DNA of 61,299 nucleotides from Crocinitomicaceae bacterium (lineage in GTDB: Bacteria; Bacteroidota; Bacteroidia; Flavobacteriales_D; Crocinitomicaceae), in contig JAFIEX010000001.1 in assembly GCA_020832365.1 (NCBI GenBank), forward strand, positions 1 to 61,299, given 5' to 3'. Shown here piece after piece: positions 59,289 to 61,299 of this stretch (position 1 is its first letter; the number at the start of each line of letters is the position of its first letter). A program made the position numbers and the translations under genes. Below the pieces are notes generated by a model. That model did no database searches. It saw only the letters and a list, made by a program, of their open reading frames with translations, and was not told the DNA's origin.

Positions 59289-60056
59289 ATGCGAAATACA
59301 AAAGTGATATCAGTAATATTTTTATCGATGCTTTTATTTAGCTGTGGTAATAAAAAAAACGCTATAAATTTTAATGAGGCTGAGGCAATGGCTAAACATG
59401 CAAAAGTTGAAAATCCTGACTTTTCCGCAAAGCTCGAAGATAAAGGAGTTTACTTCGATGTGCAATTCAATGAGAAGTTGGTTTTAACAATTAAGGAGAA
59501 AAAGTTTCAAATTTATACTACTGATGCAGCGCCTCTTGTAGCAGCAGGCACAGATATTCTGCAATATTCTTTTACCACAGATCAAGCTAGTGTTACCGTA
59601 ATTATTGATGTTCAAACTTGTAAAGAGGGTGGTCAAAAAGTGGATATTTCTTATACAGATAAGTCATCAATGAATATAACTAATTATTCACTTTGTGGAA
59701 ACTATACTCCAAATAAATCTTTATTGTACAAATGGCAATTACAAAGTATAAACGACATAGAAGTTAACCCTAAACTATTTGAAAATGAACAACCATTTAT
59801 AACTTTTTCAGAAGAAAAGGGTGGCACTATCGGAGGTTTTGGTGGCTGTAATAGGTTTGGCGGAAATTTTAACTTTACTTTTAATGGAATTCATCCTTCT
59901 GAAGTGATGGCTACAAAAATGTATTGTGAAAACACATCAGATTTGGAGCAAGCCTTTTTAGCTATTTTTAATGCTAAATTTGTGAAATACCATTTCGATG
60001 AAGAAGGTGGCTTAATGCTTGAGTCAATGAATGGGTCAGCTTATTTTATTAAATAA
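59289..60056 (+). CDS. META-domain (HslJ-like) lipoprotein
   Basis: 255 aa with a lipoprotein signal (LFSC). GGCNRFGGNFNF motif, typical of META domains. Confidence 0.65.
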   Translation: MRNTKVISVIFLSMLLFSCGNKKNAINFNEAEAMAKHAKVENPDFSAKLEDKGVYFDVQFNEKLVLTIKEKKFQIYTTDAAPLVAAGTDILQYSFTTDQASVTVIIDVQTCKEGGQKVDISYTDKSSMNITNYSLCGNYTPNKSLLYKWQLQSINDIEVNPKLFENEQPFITFSEEKGGTIGGFGGCNRFGGNFNFTFNGIHPSEVMATKMYCENTSDLEQAFLAIFNAKFVKYHFDEEGGLMLESMNGSAYFIK

Positions 60057-60059
60057 TAT

Positions 60060-60581
60060 ATGGAGAAGAAAGAAAAAAGTAAGCAACAGGATAGCGATAA
60101 GCCAAATGCTATTATTGCGTTTTTGAAGAAATACCCCTTGCAGGTAATTTTGTCTTTACTACTTGTAATTGTGTTATTTTGGAGTAATATCAATGGTAAA
60201 AGAATAGCACGAGAGTTAAATGCTGCACACCATAAAGAAATGACTAGCTTCAAGGAACAGTTTGGACTTCAATTAGGATCCGCTTTTGCGCTTGCCATTC
60301 GCAGTGAGTTTACAAGAGGAAATAAGGAGAATGCTAATCAGTACATGATAGAATTATTAAGAAGCGAGGAGGTTACGAAAGTTCAATTCGTTGATAGAGC
60401 TTCAGCAACGATAGCTATTTCTACCGATAGCAATGATGAGGGCAAACTTGTTGAAGATGATTTTATTCTCTCTGCGACAAAAGTAGCTACAGAATTAAAA
60501 GAGGAAACGCAAAGGGTTGTAGCCCCGATTTTTGGTGTGTCTGACCAATTTGGTTGGGTAGTGATTTTTATGAATTGGTAG
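60060..60581 (+). CDS. Hypothetical membrane-anchored protein
   Basis: 173 aa with one TM after a Lys-rich N-terminus. No family recognised. Confidence 0.45.
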   Translation: MEKKEKSKQQDSDKPNAIIAFLKKYPLQVILSLLLVIVLFWSNINGKRIARELNAAHHKEMTSFKEQFGLQLGSAFALAIRSEFTRGNKENANQYMIELLRSEEVTKVQFVDRASATIAISTDSNDEGKLVEDDFILSATKVATELKEETQRVVAPIFGVSDQFGWVVIFMNW

Positions 60582-60732
60582 TGATATCTGGCATTGTTTT
60601 TGCTTTAAACATTGTAGAAATTATATTTTGCCGTTTAAAAAAAAAGTAGGATATTAGTAAAATATTTGAATTGCTTTTTTGTAAATAGGAAAGGTAAGAA
60701 AAGTAAAATAGAGAATTAATAAAATTGAAATC

Positions 60733-61095
60733 ATGAAAAAAATTGTATTGTTGTTCATTTTGTTCTTGGGGGCATATGGTTTGAATGCTCAAACTGCGAG
60801 TATCAGCGGTGATGCTGAGTCAATGGCAAGGCAGGTTGAAAAAGGTGTATTTGAAATTGTTATGCCATCTACTGTAACTGCTGAAGAGGCTGAAAAAACC
60901 GCTGGTTATTACACAGAGTACTTCACTGTAGATTTTAATGCGACAACTAAAGTGGCCAAAATTACTATGGTGGATAATTCGCAATTAGGTAGAAGAGTAA
61001 TCACAAGATTTTTACTTTCTAATGAAGTTAGAGAATTAAAGTTTAATGGTAACAATTATACGCTAAGTGACTTTTTCATGAAGTACTGGCAATAG
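60733..61095 (+). CDS. Hypothetical secreted protein
   Basis: 120 aa with a signal peptide (LNAQ). Followed by a strong terminator. Confidence 0.45.
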   Translation: MKKIVLLFILFLGAYGLNAQTASISGDAESMARQVEKGVFEIVMPSTVTAEEAEKTAGYYTEYFTVDFNATTKVAKITMVDNSQLGRRVITRFLLSNEVRELKFNGNNYTLSDFFMKYWQ

Positions 61096-61115
61096 AGTTA
61101 CTGAAATTTATTTCG

Positions 61116-61142
61116 AGCGCACAGTCTTGTGCGCTTTTTTTT
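61116..61142 (+). terminator. Rho-independent terminator after the 60733 gene
   Basis: Stem AGCGCACA/TGTGCGCT, loop GTCT, followed by T8. Confidence 0.85.
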
Positions 61143-61299
61143 GTGATTCTTTTTAAGCTTTAAAAGTAAAATTTACAATAATGTGTTCCGAAATTCATTT
61201 TTTATTGGTGAGACTGATTCGTTTTTTTACTTCTCGAAGCATTTTCGGAATACAAATTTATTAAGAACGACAGCGAGAATGGGTGTGAGTTGGAGCGTG

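Noticed and set aside
61143-61299. A possible 3' end of a minus-strand gene entering from the right edge (frame ending …VLNKFVFRKCFEK, stop near 61228), plus an 8-bp inverted repeat TTCCGAAA/TTTCGGAA.
   Set aside because: Only about 23 codons are visible, with no motif. That is too little to call a CDS or an RNA structure.

Overview
This is an AT-rich chromosomal window from a Bacteroidota genome, probably Flavobacteriia-like. That call rests on a SusC/SusD pair, five type IX secretion (T9SS) C-terminal sorting domains, TAnnTTTG -7 promoter boxes and the lack of Shine-Dalgarno signals. I support 47 protein-coding genes, including a 3'-partial RNase D-like gene at the left edge that is missing from the ORF track. 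I saw no rRNA, tRNA, CRISPR array, IS element or integrase. Positions 1-12.5 kb hold housekeeping genes: polyprenyl synthetase, MMPL exporter, kynureninase, thioredoxin, HtrA, RpoD and a long-form GAPDH. Positions 12.6-21.6 kb hold envelope and accessory operons. These include a lipoprotein/YjiK-like/porin triplet and a four-gene MbnP-like/di-haem peroxidase/membrane hydroxylase/lipoprotein operon. Positions 21.6-53.5 kb form one large carbohydrate block. It contains T9SS-secreted GH13 enzymes, a carbohydrate-binding-module (CBM) protein and a 1086-aa SprB-repeat adhesin. It also contains a SusA-like GH13, a GH31, SusC/SusD, a complete zwf-pgl-edd-eda Entner-Doudoroff (ED) operon and a Nudix-type regulator. 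A kinase/GH13/MFS/beta-phosphoglucomutase/GH65/GH13 operon and canonical gap complete it. The main finding is a 23-bp palindrome, consensus CTTAGTGT-N7-ACACTAAG, or its half-sites, in front of the transcription units from 24.4 to 53.5 kb. Two copies flank the Nudix regulator gene. This suggests an undescribed Nudix-regulator-controlled starch-to-pyruvate regulon. Positions 53.7-61.3 kb hold an M61 peptidase, a BNR protein, GmhA, an ACMSD-like amidohydrolase, a META lipoprotein and small hypothetical proteins. All functional calls come from motifs I recognise in the translations. No database search was run.
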